Of a stretch of DNA of 64,000 nt, positions 40,866 through 50,301 are shown piece after piece. The translations under genes were made by a program, and so were the position numbers. Under the pieces are notes generated by a model. The model was not told the DNA's origin. It ran no database searches and saw nothing but the letters and a program-made list of their open reading frames with translations. Origin of the DNA: a virus. Position 1 is the first letter of the stretch. Each line of letters begins with the position of its first letter. The stretch is taken from IMG/VR virus record IMGVR_UViG_3300032282_005553, positions 72,890 to 136,889 of that record. One strand, written 5' to 3'.

Positions 40866-41872
40866 TTTAGGCCCATTGTATCTTTTATGTTCTTTACCAA
40901 AGAGGTGTATGCCTTTTGGTTTTCCAATAAGTAGTTTCTAACTTTTTCAGTACCTTGAAACTTGGGTTTATCTTCGAGAGAGGTAAGGGTATACCAAGCG
41001 CCTCCTTTATGAATCAAACCCATATCAGAAGCTAAAACTATTGCCTCGGTATATTTATCTATACCTTCTCCATATCTCAGATAGCTAGTAATATTTCCTC
41101 CCGGTGGACCGAGAGCGGAGCATATCACTTGCCATTCAATTTCTTGGCCTATTTGTGTACTATCAGCACTCAATGTCCAAGGCTTAAAGGTTTTGGCTCT
41201 TAACTTTATATCTGTTTGATACGCTATCGCCTGTCCGCTTTTCTCTTTAAATTCTGCACCATATCCGGTTGGATTACCCATCAAGTGTGTGATTCCTATT
41301 ACTATATTTTTATTAACAGGAATTACATTTGCTACCTTACGACAAAATTTTGCTAACAGTTTGGCACCATCTGCACGTTGCATCTTATCCATTTCGCTAG
41401 TAATTTCTGCTTCTGTGCATAATGCAGAATAAGAATCTATAATCAGAACAGACCCTGGAACCTCATTGATGATTTTTTCAGCAATTTGTAGATACTCTTC
41501 TGCGTGTAAAATTTTACCCTGTTGACTTCCTATTACATGAAATTTATCTAAATTAATTCCTGGTATTCCTTCTAAATCACGTTTTTTCAATCTACCCTCG
41601 ATGTTCAGGTAGTACACTTCTCTTGTCTCTTTCAGATCTCCTTTGTATTCTGCTCTTTGTGCTGTAGCCGCAAAATCTAGTGAAGTTGTTGTTTTTCCGC
41701 ACTTTGGTTGGCCCGTTAACACTACGAAACTACCTTCTGGTATTCCTCCATTAAGTATAATATCTAATGATGGACTTACCGGTATCACTGTATTTTTTCT
41801 ATCAACTATGGCATTACCACTAAGAATGATATCGTCACCAAAATTTTTCACTACATCTTCTTTAAGACTCAT
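40859..41872 (-). CDS. recA: RecA/UvsX-like recombinase
   Basis: 'SLDIILNGGIPEG', Walker A 'GQPKCGKTT', Walker B 'LIIDS', 'GAWY'. Confidence 0.9.
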   Translation of the reverse strand: MSLKEDVVKNFGDDIILSGNAIVDRKNTVIPVSPSLDIILNGGIPEGSFVVLTGQPKCGKTTTSLDFAATAQRAEYKGDLKETREVYYLNIEGRLKKRDLEGIPGINLDKFHVIGSQQGKILHAEEYLQIAEKIINEVPGSVLIIDSYSALCTEAEITSEMDKMQRADGAKLLAKFCRKVANVIPVNKNIVIGITHLMGNPTGYGAEFKEKSGQAIAYQTDIKLRAKTFKPWTLSADSTQIGQEIEWQVICSALGPPGGNITSYLRYGEGIDKYTEAIVLASDMGLIHKGGAWYTLTSLEDKPKFQGTEKVRNYLLENQKAYTSLVKNIKDTMGLKC

Positions 41873-42302
41873 TATCTAATTCCTTGAGTTTTGATAAAAT
41901 ATTTTTCTTTCCGATATTGTTTTGAAAAACAACATCTTTTGATTCCTTAATATCCATCTTTTTTGATATGGATGCATTCTTACTTTGATTTGCAGCAATG
42001 ATTTTGACTTGCTGCTCTATCATACCGACAAGGTGTGGTGCTCGCAAAGAATAGATTTTTCTTCCTACGTCGCTATTTAAAGCTTTTATAATGGCTTGAG
42101 GAGGATATTGTTTTACTAATTTATTGGCTGATGCAATTTGATTTCTATAAAACATCGCCCAACTTTTTTGTAACCAAAATCTATAATGCAAATCTAATTT
42201 GTCTTTGGTTGCTTTTCTTTCACATATAATTTCTGTAATATATTGTGCTGCTGATACAGTTTTTCCATTTGAGTACTTGGAGTAATATTTTTCATCCATC
42301 AT
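41862..42302 (-). CDS. Hypothetical protein
   Basis: 146-aa ORF overlapping its neighbours in the operon. Confidence 0.6.
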   Translation of the reverse strand: MMDEKYYSKYSNGKTVSAAQYITEIICERKATKDKLDLHYRFWLQKSWAMFYRNQIASANKLVKQYPPQAIIKALNSDVGRKIYSLRAPHLVGMIEQQVKIIAANQSKNASISKKMDIKESKDVVFQNNIGKKNILSKLKELDNES

Positions 42303-42702
42303 ATTCTTGTTTAGTAAATGTTTCTTGACATGTCTCTGTCAATTTTTGTTGAAAACGACTAGTAAACTTTTGTACATATGTGTTATAGTCTTTTTGAGCT
42401 GGTACTGGGATATGATAATTTTTCTTTATCATTTCTTTTGTTTCTTTGAGATATCCTTTTTCATCTACTTCACTGATCTCTATGGTCATTGAAACTCTTA
42501 TTTCGTGAGGATTTTTGCCTATATGTACTGGTTCGATAACTTCTGGATGTTTTTGGGAAAAATCTAATGGCTGATCCTGATTTAATTCATCGAACTTAGC
42601 CTCTCGTGCAGCATCAAATTTTTCTTTTATCCTATTTTCTATTTTAGAAAGAAGTTTTTTTTCTTCTTCAGATAATGTTTCTAGTATGTCATTAGTTTCC
42701 AT
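42292..42702 (-). CDS. Hypothetical protein
   Basis: 136-aa ORF overlapping its neighbours in the operon. Confidence 0.6.
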   Translation of the reverse strand: METNDILETLSEEEKKLLSKIENRIKEKFDAAREAKFDELNQDQPLDFSQKHPEVIEPVHIGKNPHEIRVSMTIEISEVDEKGYLKETKEMIKKNYHIPVPAQKDYNTYVQKFTSRFQQKLTETCQETFTKQEYDG

Positions 42703-43027
42703 TTGGTCTATATATTCCTGGGGTGTCTTGTTTTACGGTACTGGTTCTTTTTTTCTTTGCTTCATCATTGATCATAGATGATTCTTTGGTCATTATAGCA
42801 ACATGAGATTTTTTGTTTGCTGTTTCTCTTATCATCATGTTTTTAGACTGAGAATTGCCTACTGGTTCTGATTTAGTTTTTACCTTGTTTGTATTGTCTA
42901 CAGACGATATTGCAGTTTGTACCTGTTTTTCTGGTATGTCTAGTTCTTCGGCAATTTTTTCTGTTGACCAACTACTATGGTTTAGCCATAGAATAGCGTA
43001 CTTTTGTATTTTATTTAATTTAGCCAT
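42692..43027 (-). CDS. HTH-domain protein
   Basis: 'STEKIAEELDIPEKQVQTAI' helix-turn-helix. Confidence 0.6.
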   Translation of the reverse strand: MAKLNKIQKYAILWLNHSSWSTEKIAEELDIPEKQVQTAISSVDNTNKVKTKSEPVGNSQSKNMMIRETANKKSHVAIMTKESSMINDEAKKKRTSTVKQDTPGIYRPNGN

Positions 43028-43030
43028 GAT

Positions 43031-43426
43031 CTATTCAGTCTCCCTTTCTGCATTAAAAAGCCATGAAGTATTTTTTGTATTCAAAAATTTTATATACCAA
43101 GCAAATGTTTTTTCATTAACTTCTTTAAATTTTTTATTCCCTCTACAGATTCTATTTAAAAATGTTATTTCGTTTTCTGATCCATATATAGAAATTGGAT
43201 TATAAAATTTACCACTATTTGATAGTCTTATAGTATATTTGACTGATCCGTCTTTTCTAAGACTTTTTTTAGCAAAAACTTTATCTCCGTCTTTATTTTT
43301 TTTTGCAGAACCTTCGTCATCGATGAAATCTTCTTGACCTACCAAAGTATAGTAGTCATTAGTTTCGGTTTCTTTTTCTGTCTTACCAGAAAAAACACTT
43401 CTTGGGTTAAAAATAAAATTGCTCAT
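43031..43426 (-). CDS. Hypothetical protein
   Basis: Likely start MSNFIF at 43426, directly after the upstream stop; avoids the long overlap of the called ORF. Confidence 0.6.
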   Translation of the reverse strand: MSNFIFNPRSVFSGKTEKETETNDYYTLVGQEDFIDDEGSAKKNKDGDKVFAKKSLRKDGSVKYTIRLSNSGKFYNPISIYGSENEITFLNRICRGNKKFKEVNEKTFAWYIKFLNTKNTSWLFNAERETE

Positions 43427-43427
43427 A

Positions 43428-43772
43428 TTATGTCCATTTTGGTTTTTGTTTAGGTTTCTTAATTCTTGACATGCCTTTAGGTAATTCTTTTTCAGATGCT
43501 GTTTCTTTATATGAATTATGTTTGATATGTAATGCTTCTGCTTGATCTTCTGACATACGATCTCTATTTCTGTTTGCAAGATCTCCTATTGTTTTAAGCT
43601 CACTGTCAGACTTTTTAACAGATCCCATTATCGATGAGACATCCTGAATATAATCTCTTTCAGTGTTTTTGCTGCCGCATTCGCATATGGGATTAGAAAT
43701 ATAGTCTTTAATATAAAAAAATAATTCAAAATATGAATTACACTTATTGCAATAATATGAATATGTTGGCAT
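43428..43772 (-). CDS. FmdB-family zinc-ribbon regulatory protein
   Basis: 'MPTYSYYCNKCNSYFE...CECGS'; ATG overlaps the HNH stop (TAATG). Confidence 0.8.
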   Translation of the reverse strand: MPTYSYYCNKCNSYFELFFYIKDYISNPICECGSKNTERDYIQDVSSIMGSVKKSDSELKTIGDLANRNRDRMSEDQAEALHIKHNSYKETASEKELPKGMSRIKKPKQKPKWT

Positions 43773-44356
43773 TATGAAAAATAAGATTTTGGTAAATAAA
43801 TCGCCCACTCATCGGGTATATCCTGTATTATTCTAGAGATGAACATGGTCACTGGCAAGTACTTGATATTTTTCATGGGCTCTTGCGGTAATTTAATAAG
43901 AGGCATTTTAGCTTGTTTTGGAGTTTTGTTACTTTTTTTTCTATTACATCTGACGCAAGCGGTTACGATATTTGTCCAGTTTGTTGGAGATCCATTCTCA
44001 TATGACCATATTGATTTTGGAATTACATGATCATAGGTTAATTCATCTATATTTTTTACAATTCCACAGTATTGACATGTATAATTATCTCTAATAAATA
44101 GATTTTGTCTACAAAAATTAACCCGTTTGTTGCTCAACTTCAAATATTTGATAATCTTTGCAACAGCAGGAACAGGAAATTTTTTACCATTCGGTCCTAA
44201 TATATGATCATTTTTATAGAAATCTATAATTTCGATTCCCATATTTGGATTATCTTGATATCTAATAGACCATACAAGTGCCCTCTTCCAATTTATTACT
44301 GTTAAAGGCGTATAGTCAGAATTTAATACTAAACATCTACTATTTTTCTGATCCAT
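43772..44356 (-). CDS. HNH endonuclease (McrA/HNH_5-like)
   Basis: 'LVLNSDY.PL', 'RDNYTCQYCG', 'TYDHVIPKS', 'WTNIVTACVRCNRKK'. Confidence 0.9.
   Translation of the reverse strand: MDQKNSRCLVLNSDYTPLTVINWKRALVWSIRYQDNPNMGIEIIDFYKNDHILGPNGKKFPVPAVAKIIKYLKLSNKRVNFCRQNLFIRDNYTCQYCGIVKNIDELTYDHVIPKSIWSYENGSPTNWTNIVTACVRCNRKKSNKTPKQAKMPLIKLPQEPMKNIKYLPVTMFISRIIQDIPDEWAIYLPKSYFS
43830..43858 (-). promoter_or_regulatory. sigma70-type promoter inside the HNH 3' end
   Basis: TTGCCA-17 nt-TAGAAT about 60 nt upstream of the FmdB-like ATG. Confidence 0.6.
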
Positions 44357-45080
44357 TTTGACGTTCCAGATACTCTAATCTAGATAATATTTTAGCTATA
44401 ATAGGATTACGTACAATATCTGAAAAGTCAAGTTTAGAAATGCCTATTCCTGGCACATTATCAAGAGCATTGCTCATGTCGTAAAACCCGCCCTGAGCAT
44501 GTCTGTGAAGATCAGACTGTGTAGTATCACCCGTAAGGACCATTTTACTATCTGTACCTAACCTAGTCAATAACATCTTTATTTGCTCATAGGAGGCGTT
44601 TTGGCATTCGTCTGCTACTATAAATGAATGATGAAAATTTCTGCCTCTCATCAGTCCTAATGGTACGATTTCAATCTTGTTATTAAGTTTTAATGAAACA
44701 AATTGTGCTGTACTTATAAAATAATTTACCTCATCTAATAAGGGTAATAAATATGGATGCAATTTCTCTTCTGCTGTACCAGGAAGATATCCAATCTTTT
44801 CTCCGCTTTCTACTACTGGTCTGGTAATAACAATTTTTTTGACTTTATTATCTAATAGATATTCCAAAGCCATACCAATAGCAATATGTGTTTTACCGCT
44901 TCCAGCAACACCATGACAGAATGTAATGTCATTTTCTGCCACAGTTCTGATGTAGTTTTTTTGGTTTTCTGTTCTTGGCCTTAATCTATTTTTATAGCCG
45001 GGCTCTAAAACTTCATCGCCAAGTGGATTTGTAGCATCAATAATTCTTTTCTTTTTGTTATTTTTAGAATTTTTTCTCAA
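44340..45080 (-). CDS. phoH: PhoH-family ATPase
   Basis: 'GVAGSGKT', 'TRPVVE', 'GYLPG', 'MRGR', 'DECQN', 'LTRLG', 'GDTTQSD'. Confidence 0.95.
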   Translation of the reverse strand: MRKNSKNNKKKRIIDATNPLGDEVLEPGYKNRLRPRTENQKNYIRTVAENDITFCHGVAGSGKTHIAIGMALEYLLDNKVKKIVITRPVVESGEKIGYLPGTAEEKLHPYLLPLLDEVNYFISTAQFVSLKLNNKIEIVPLGLMRGRNFHHSFIVADECQNASYEQIKMLLTRLGTDSKMVLTGDTTQSDLHRHAQGGFYDMSNALDNVPGIGISKLDFSDIVRNPIIAKILSRLEYLERQNGSEK

Positions 45081-45103
45081 TGTTTACCCTTTGCTTAATA
45101 GAG

Positions 45104-47299
45104 TTAAATTAGACACGCGCCACCAGCACAACTAATTTCCTCTATACCAGCAGTATTATCCTCTGTCTCAGATAGTTGTGTATAATCGACTTTCTTAAAA
45201 CTATTGAACAGATCACAGTAGATCTTCCAATTGTATACGTCTTTCATACAATAGGTTAATCTCTTAACATCACCATCAAAATATTTTCCTGAAAAGTTTT
45301 TCATCTTTGTTACAAAGACGAGCTTATTCTCATTATGATCTTTATTTGCTTGGTTTAATGTCACATAATCGCAGGCCGCCCACAAATTATTATCGAATGC
45401 ATTGAGGGCTAATTCGATTAATCCAGAGCACCATAGTGCAGCATCTCCGTATTCTTTAACGATTTCACGACTAGTGTAAACAGTAGTAAAAGGAGCCTGT
45501 GGATAATCCTTATCTCCGCTTTGGGGGATAAGGCTTATACCAGCAAAATATTTACGATTATTATAGATATATTTTGTAACATCATCCCATTCGTCTGGTT
45601 TTACGGTAACTGTATTGCTAACATTATGACTAAGATAATCTTGTGTGCATAATGCTCTATTTTTACCAGAATTAACCCAATTTTTTTGTGTATCTTTTAC
45701 TATTGATAACATTTCTACTGCTGGTAATTGATTTTTAGTTTTTGCTCCATCGGGAACTTCAACTGGAAATTTTATTATTTCATCGGTATTATTCGCTGAC
45801 CATGCTGATTTGTCGCAAGCCTGCGGGTTATATTTCTTAAAGTGTTGGTATGGTGCCTCTAAAACATTGGCCTGTACGTGGCGTATGTAGCGTTTGGCGT
45901 GATGAGGATGAATACCGGAGCTAGTTCCCAACATACTGCTACTGGTGCCTTCTGGTTTTAAACAGGTTACTCTTGCAGCCTGATTAATTTTTATTTTTTT
46001 GGCTATTTCTTTGTTAGTTTCAACTGCTATTTTGGCACCTTTTGTTAATACTTTTTCGGTCAATACTAGATCATGCTTTTCCATGATGCCAGTTAATGAA
46101 ACTCCTAATAAAGCTTCTCTTTCGAATATTTTTTGACTTATTTCTCCAAGGTATTCTAATGTTGTAAATCCAGCCTGTAGAGTACCTATAATAGCAGCAG
46201 CACGGCATCTTTCAAAGAAATCATCTTCGTCTTCGACACTGGAACAATTGATGGTGGATAAATTACATCCTTGCCATCCGCTTTTGCCGCTTTCTTCGTC
46301 AACAGGCCACATTCCAATTTCAACGCATGGATTGAAAATCATTTCTGTTGATTCACTCCAAATGAATCCAGGTTCTCCAAACTCTTTCACACTTTCCATC
46401 AATGTTTGAAATTCTTCAAATGTTGTTTCGTCTTTGAGTAATAGGGCGGAGTTATTACTACGTGCTCTTTGTGGATTTTCAATATACCAATTTCCTGTTT
46501 TAGCTTTTGCCATTTCTTCATCATCCGGACTGAATAACGCAAGGCTAGCAGAGCGACGTACTCCGCCACTAAGTACAGCATCACTACTATGCATGACTAT
46601 ATCATAGGCATCTATTGGTCTTAGTTTTTTTTGTCCACTAGAAATATAACGATCTAGTAAACCACGAATTTTTTCTAGACCATTTTGTAATGGTTCAAAT
46701 CCTGGTGCTTTTCCTACTCCAGAACTTAGTGCTGTGCCTTTTTGTCTTATTTGAGAGTAATCAAATACAACATAGCTATTTTTGTACATTTTGAATTCTT
46801 CGATTGGTTTACTGAAATAGCTACTCAATAGTACTCCGAGAGCATCGGCCCATCCTTCTATGCTATCTTCTATTGTGTATTTGATACCTATTGCATTTTC
46901 ATCGATTTCGTGTTCTAGTGTTGGTAATTTACTTACGTGGTGTTTTTGCACACTAAAACCGGTACCACTACCGCAAAGAAGCAACCAAAAGCATTCTTGG
47001 AAAAAGCGTAATCTATCACAGTAAGAACTTGTGCAATTATAGATTTTTGCGTGTCTTTTTAAAATTGGGTCACCACCAAACTGCAATGCTCTTTGACTAC
47101 CTAGAACCTTTTTCTTATACATCACATCGTATGCCCAATCTATCTCTTCAGAAATTCCAAAATCAGCATACTTGGTATGCATCATATTGCGAACTCTGTC
47201 CACCGCTTCTTTCCAAGTTTCTCTTCTATTTTTATTTTCTAACCAACGAGCATATTTGCTTACGAATGTATAATTTTGAAGTTCTTGAAGAGCGGACAT
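45104..47299 (-). CDS. nrdJ: Class II (adenosylcobalamin-dependent) ribonucleotide reductase, RTPR type
   Basis: 'SKYARW', 'YNC', 'GGVRRSA', 'NPCVEI', 'KPEGT', C-terminal 'CAGGAC'; no ATP-cone and no adjacent beta subunit. Confidence 0.85.
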   Translation of the reverse strand: MSALQELQNYTFVSKYARWLENKNRRETWKEAVDRVRNMMHTKYADFGISEEIDWAYDVMYKKKVLGSQRALQFGGDPILKRHAKIYNCTSSYCDRLRFFQECFWLLLCGSGTGFSVQKHHVSKLPTLEHEIDENAIGIKYTIEDSIEGWADALGVLLSSYFSKPIEEFKMYKNSYVVFDYSQIRQKGTALSSGVGKAPGFEPLQNGLEKIRGLLDRYISSGQKKLRPIDAYDIVMHSSDAVLSGGVRRSASLALFSPDDEEMAKAKTGNWYIENPQRARSNNSALLLKDETTFEEFQTLMESVKEFGEPGFIWSESTEMIFNPCVEIGMWPVDEESGKSGWQGCNLSTINCSSVEDEDDFFERCRAAAIIGTLQAGFTTLEYLGEISQKIFEREALLGVSLTGIMEKHDLVLTEKVLTKGAKIAVETNKEIAKKIKINQAARVTCLKPEGTSSSMLGTSSGIHPHHAKRYIRHVQANVLEAPYQHFKKYNPQACDKSAWSANNTDEIIKFPVEVPDGAKTKNQLPAVEMLSIVKDTQKNWVNSGKNRALCTQDYLSHNVSNTVTVKPDEWDDVTKYIYNNRKYFAGISLIPQSGDKDYPQAPFTTVYTSREIVKEYGDAALWCSGLIELALNAFDNNLWAACDYVTLNQANKDHNENKLVFVTKMKNFSGKYFDGDVKRLTYCMKDVYNWKIYCDLFNSFKKVDYTQLSETEDNTAGIEEISCAGGACLI

Positions 47300-47300
47300 A

Positions 47301-47462
47301 CTATCTCCTGTTATGGTATAAATTATCTATAAGACTAAAAGTAGTTAAGAATCCGAGTATTACTATTCCTTTAAAAGACTTTTCTATCATCGGTAAATTA
47401 CCAGTAATACTATAAAAAATAAAAACGCACAATACGATAAAGAATATTATTCTGTATGTCAA
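47301..47462 (-). CDS. Small two-TM membrane protein (53 aa, below the ORF-track cutoff)
   Basis: TTG start; MTYRIIFFIVLCVFIFYSITG...GIVILGFLTTFSLI; stop abuts the nrdJ start. Confidence 0.5.
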   Translation of the reverse strand: MTYRIIFFIVLCVFIFYSITGNLPMIEKSFKGIVILGFLTTFSLIDNLYHNRR

Positions 47463-47512
47463 TATACACCATTTATCACTGTTGTGATTTGTATTTGTTT
47501 GAGATGTATATT

Positions 47513-47540
47513 GTTATATTGATCAAAAAAGTGTTGTCAA
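47513..47540 (-). promoter_or_regulatory. Possible sigma70 promoter for the nrdJ operon
   Basis: TTGACA-16 nt-TATAAC in an intergenic gap. Confidence 0.45.
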
Positions 47541-47556
47541 TCAATGGAAATTTAGA

Positions 47557-48327
47557 TCAAATATATTTTTGGTTATTGATCGGATTATGTTTTATGTACG
47601 ATCCCCATTTGTATCTGCCGTACTCATGACAAAGACGTTCGTATTGCTGGGCTTTTGATTCCTGTTCCTTCGATTTGGCTGAAAGTGAAACGAAGTGATA
47701 GAAATGACATTTATAACTTCTTATCATTTTCATATTGTTTAATAAGCATTTTAGGAAAAAATCCCAATCAGAAACAAATCCAGATGGCGAAGGATAGTTT
47801 TCATCAAATCCTCCTATTTTAAGATAGTTAATTTTTGAAATCAAGAATGGAAAAGCACAACCATTGTTATCTATTAAATTTTTAGAAATATCTTTTGCAT
47901 AATTCCAAAAACCTAATAAATCAAATGTCTTAGGATCTCTACCCATATTATGTATATGTATCTGATGAAAAATTGATGGGAATGGTTCTATTTGATTAGG
48001 AGTCAATACACTGTTGGGATCATAGTCTTTTTCTAGGATTTCATCCCATTTTTCAGGAAAAACATTGTCATCATTTACTATTAATATTTTGTCATAAATA
48101 GCATGATACACACCAATATTCGTTGCTCTACAGGTGCCTACATTTTGTTCTATATTAACGACCAAAATTTTATTTAAATATTTTTCTATTACAGATCTAT
48201 TGATGTCTAAAAATCCATCTACAACAACAATAATTTGATTATTATTTATTTGTCCTTTAATAGCGGAATCTAAACATAAATCCAGAGCTTCTGGTGTTTT
48301 ATATGTTGGTATAATTACACTAATCAT
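47557..48327 (-). CDS. Glycosyltransferase family 2
   Basis: 'ISVIIPTY', 'IIVVVDG', 'VNDD', 'IGGFDE', 'DWDF'. Confidence 0.88.
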   Translation of the reverse strand: MISVIIPTYKTPEALDLCLDSAIKGQINNNQIIVVVDGFLDINRSVIEKYLNKILVVNIEQNVGTCRATNIGVYHAIYDKILIVNDDNVFPEKWDEILEKDYDPNSVLTPNQIEPFPSIFHQIHIHNMGRDPKTFDLLGFWNYAKDISKNLIDNNGCAFPFLISKINYLKIGGFDENYPSPSGFVSDWDFFLKCLLNNMKMIRSYKCHFYHFVSLSAKSKEQESKAQQYERLCHEYGRYKWGSYIKHNPINNQKYI

Positions 48328-48959
48328 ATTAGTTTATAATATTCCCCTATCTGGAATTTAGATTTTGTATTCATTGATCCATGTTCACTTGGTATATAAT
48401 TAGAAGATTTTATAACTCTGAAGTCAACACTGACTCTGGCTTTTCCTGTAAGATTTGTCTTATTACCATGCATAAGATTTGAACCATCCCATTGTATAAA
48501 TTCGCCATACAAACAGTTCATTGGAGAAAAATCTCCTTTATCTTCTTCTGATTCCACCCATATTGTATTGGTATCAAATGCATTGGTGAATGGCAAATAA
48601 AAATTATCTTCTTTGACATATTCTGCCCATGATTGATCTCTATAAAATTTATCTTTATGAAATTCTCCAACAGCTATATTGTTTGGATATGCCACTCTAA
48701 ATGTTGGTATTTTTTGACAAACGATTTCTTCATTATATATAGGTTTTATGTAATGCAAAATAAAATTATCATATAGAGAGGAAAATTCTTGTGATCTTGA
48801 CCATTCATAGTATAATTTATGCCAATGTGTTTTTTGATCATTTTCTCTTGTAAAAATTTTTATATCATCATTTAATGATGCTAACTCTTCAATGTCAAAA
48901 ATTTTTTCTAGTTTAGATTTAAAATTATATTTATCTGTATCGTAGTTAAATTTTTTCAT
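48324..48959 (-). CDS. 2OG-Fe(II) dioxygenase, StrG-like
   Basis: 'PTFRV', HxD 'FHKD', distal 'HGN', 'RVSVDFRV'. Confidence 0.75.
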   Translation of the reverse strand: MKKFNYDTDKYNFKSKLEKIFDIEELASLNDDIKIFTRENDQKTHWHKLYYEWSRSQEFSSLYDNFILHYIKPIYNEEIVCQKIPTFRVAYPNNIAVGEFHKDKFYRDQSWAEYVKEDNFYLPFTNAFDTNTIWVESEEDKGDFSPMNCLYGEFIQWDGSNLMHGNKTNLTGKARVSVDFRVIKSSNYIPSEHGSMNTKSKFQIGEYYKLI

Positions 48960-49648
48960 ATACTACTCCAGTCTGTTAGTGGTGCTAGAAATTCAGTTTC
49001 TCCATGAGTACAAAATCCGGGAACAGCGGTTATTAAAAATTCACGATTATCTCTAAGCTCAAGGAACATATTAAAGTCATGGGGATAATCATTGATATTT
49101 GTCCATTTCCTTAGAAATCTTTCAGATCTTTTAAGAGTGGAAACTTTAGATGCAAAAGTCATTGTTGTAGAATTCGTAAGTTTCCAATGAGAAGATCTAG
49201 TAAGAAATAACCTAGTAAGTTCAGATCCTCCGGAACAATATGGATTTCCTCCATTAGAAGGGTCTTTGTATTTGTCTGGATGATCATATAAAGAAACAAA
49301 AGAAAAGCCTAAATCAAAACCTTCTTTTAAGATCACATCAGATCCTTGCTTATGAACATAATCATTTTCAACAAAATAAATGATTTCATCATTATCATAT
49401 TGTAGGGCTTGATTAAGAGCTAAATTAAATGTTCCCGCTCCATGTCCGACAGAAACAGATTCTATTTTTGAACTGTCAATATATTGCAATATCATTTGAT
49501 ATGTATTATTACAAACATTATCTGCAATAATCATAATATCAGAATTTGAGAATACATCACAAAAATTTTTAAGACAATTTTCGTTATTTATATAGTCTGG
49601 TTTAATTTTTTTATATCCAGAATCAGAAATACGATAGATAATTTTCAT
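48956..49648 (-). CDS. GT-A fold glycosyltransferase-like protein
   Basis: 'IIADN', 'IYFVENDY', 'STTMT', 'PGFCTH'. Confidence 0.65.
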   Translation of the reverse strand: MKIIYRISDSGYKKIKPDYINNENCLKNFCDVFSNSDIMIIADNVCNNTYQMILQYIDSSKIESVSVGHGAGTFNLALNQALQYDNDEIIYFVENDYVHKQGSDVILKEGFDLGFSFVSLYDHPDKYKDPSNGGNPYCSGGSELTRLFLTRSSHWKLTNSTTMTFASKVSTLKRSERFLRKWTNINDYPHDFNMFLELRDNREFLITAVPGFCTHGETEFLAPLTDWSSI

Positions 49649-50301
49649 TTTTGAGTATCGGCTAAAACCTTATCGTATAATTCATTTTGATCTCGTTGTC
49701 TTGCAATATCTTTTTTATGAATAATTGCAAAATTTTCTAATGAATCTAGACCAACAACATCTGATGCTCCAATCACACCACAATGAGGTCCACCAGTCCA
49801 TTGAATATTTTTTGTATTTTTATATAGTCTTGGTTGATAGTCTGGCCAATTTATCCAACCAAATTCATTGACATGCCAATTCCATTTTTTGATATCCTCA
49901 TCAGTTAAACCATCTACTGTATTAATTCTTGGTATATATACGAGACCAAAATTATTTTTGCGCACAATATCTCTTAGTATATCAAAAGACTCCTCTGGAT
50001 AATCTTCATCAGAATCTAAATTAAATATATATGGTTTTGTAGCAAATGTATTCATATGATTCTTTAGGGAAGGAAAAGCATCATAGTTATTTTGCATAAA
50101 ATGATATGTTCCATAGATAATTGGATAAGATTTAACGATTTCTGTTATTTCTTTATACCAATTTTCTTTTTGTTCAGAAATTTCTCTATATGTTTGTATA
50201 ACAACTATTTCTTCGTCTTCTTGTAGGACTTTTGTAAATTTGTCTAGTAAAGTTTTGATATATTCTTTTTCATTATATACTGTTGTGCAATACGATATCA
50301 T
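49645..50301 (-). CDS. Glycosyltransferase family 2
   Basis: 'ISYCTTVYNE', 'LDSDE', 'PDYQPRLY', 'WTGGPH'. Confidence 0.8.
   Translation of the reverse strand: MISYCTTVYNEKEYIKTLLDKFTKVLQEDEEIVVIQTYREISEQKENWYKEITEIVKSYPIIYGTYHFMQNNYDAFPSLKNHMNTFATKPYIFNLDSDEDYPEESFDILRDIVRKNNFGLVYIPRINTVDGLTDEDIKKWNWHVNEFGWINWPDYQPRLYKNTKNIQWTGGPHCGVIGASDVVGLDSLENFAIIHKKDIARQRDQNELYDKVLADTQK

Noticed and set aside
43427-43579. Long overlap between the 182-aa and 126-aa ORFs
   Set aside because: Disappears when the starts at 43426 and 43772 are used.
47300-47556. tRNA, cobalamin riboswitch or other ncRNA upstream of nrdJ
   Set aside because: AT-rich, no cloverleaf or B12-box seen; explained by a small ORF and a promoter.
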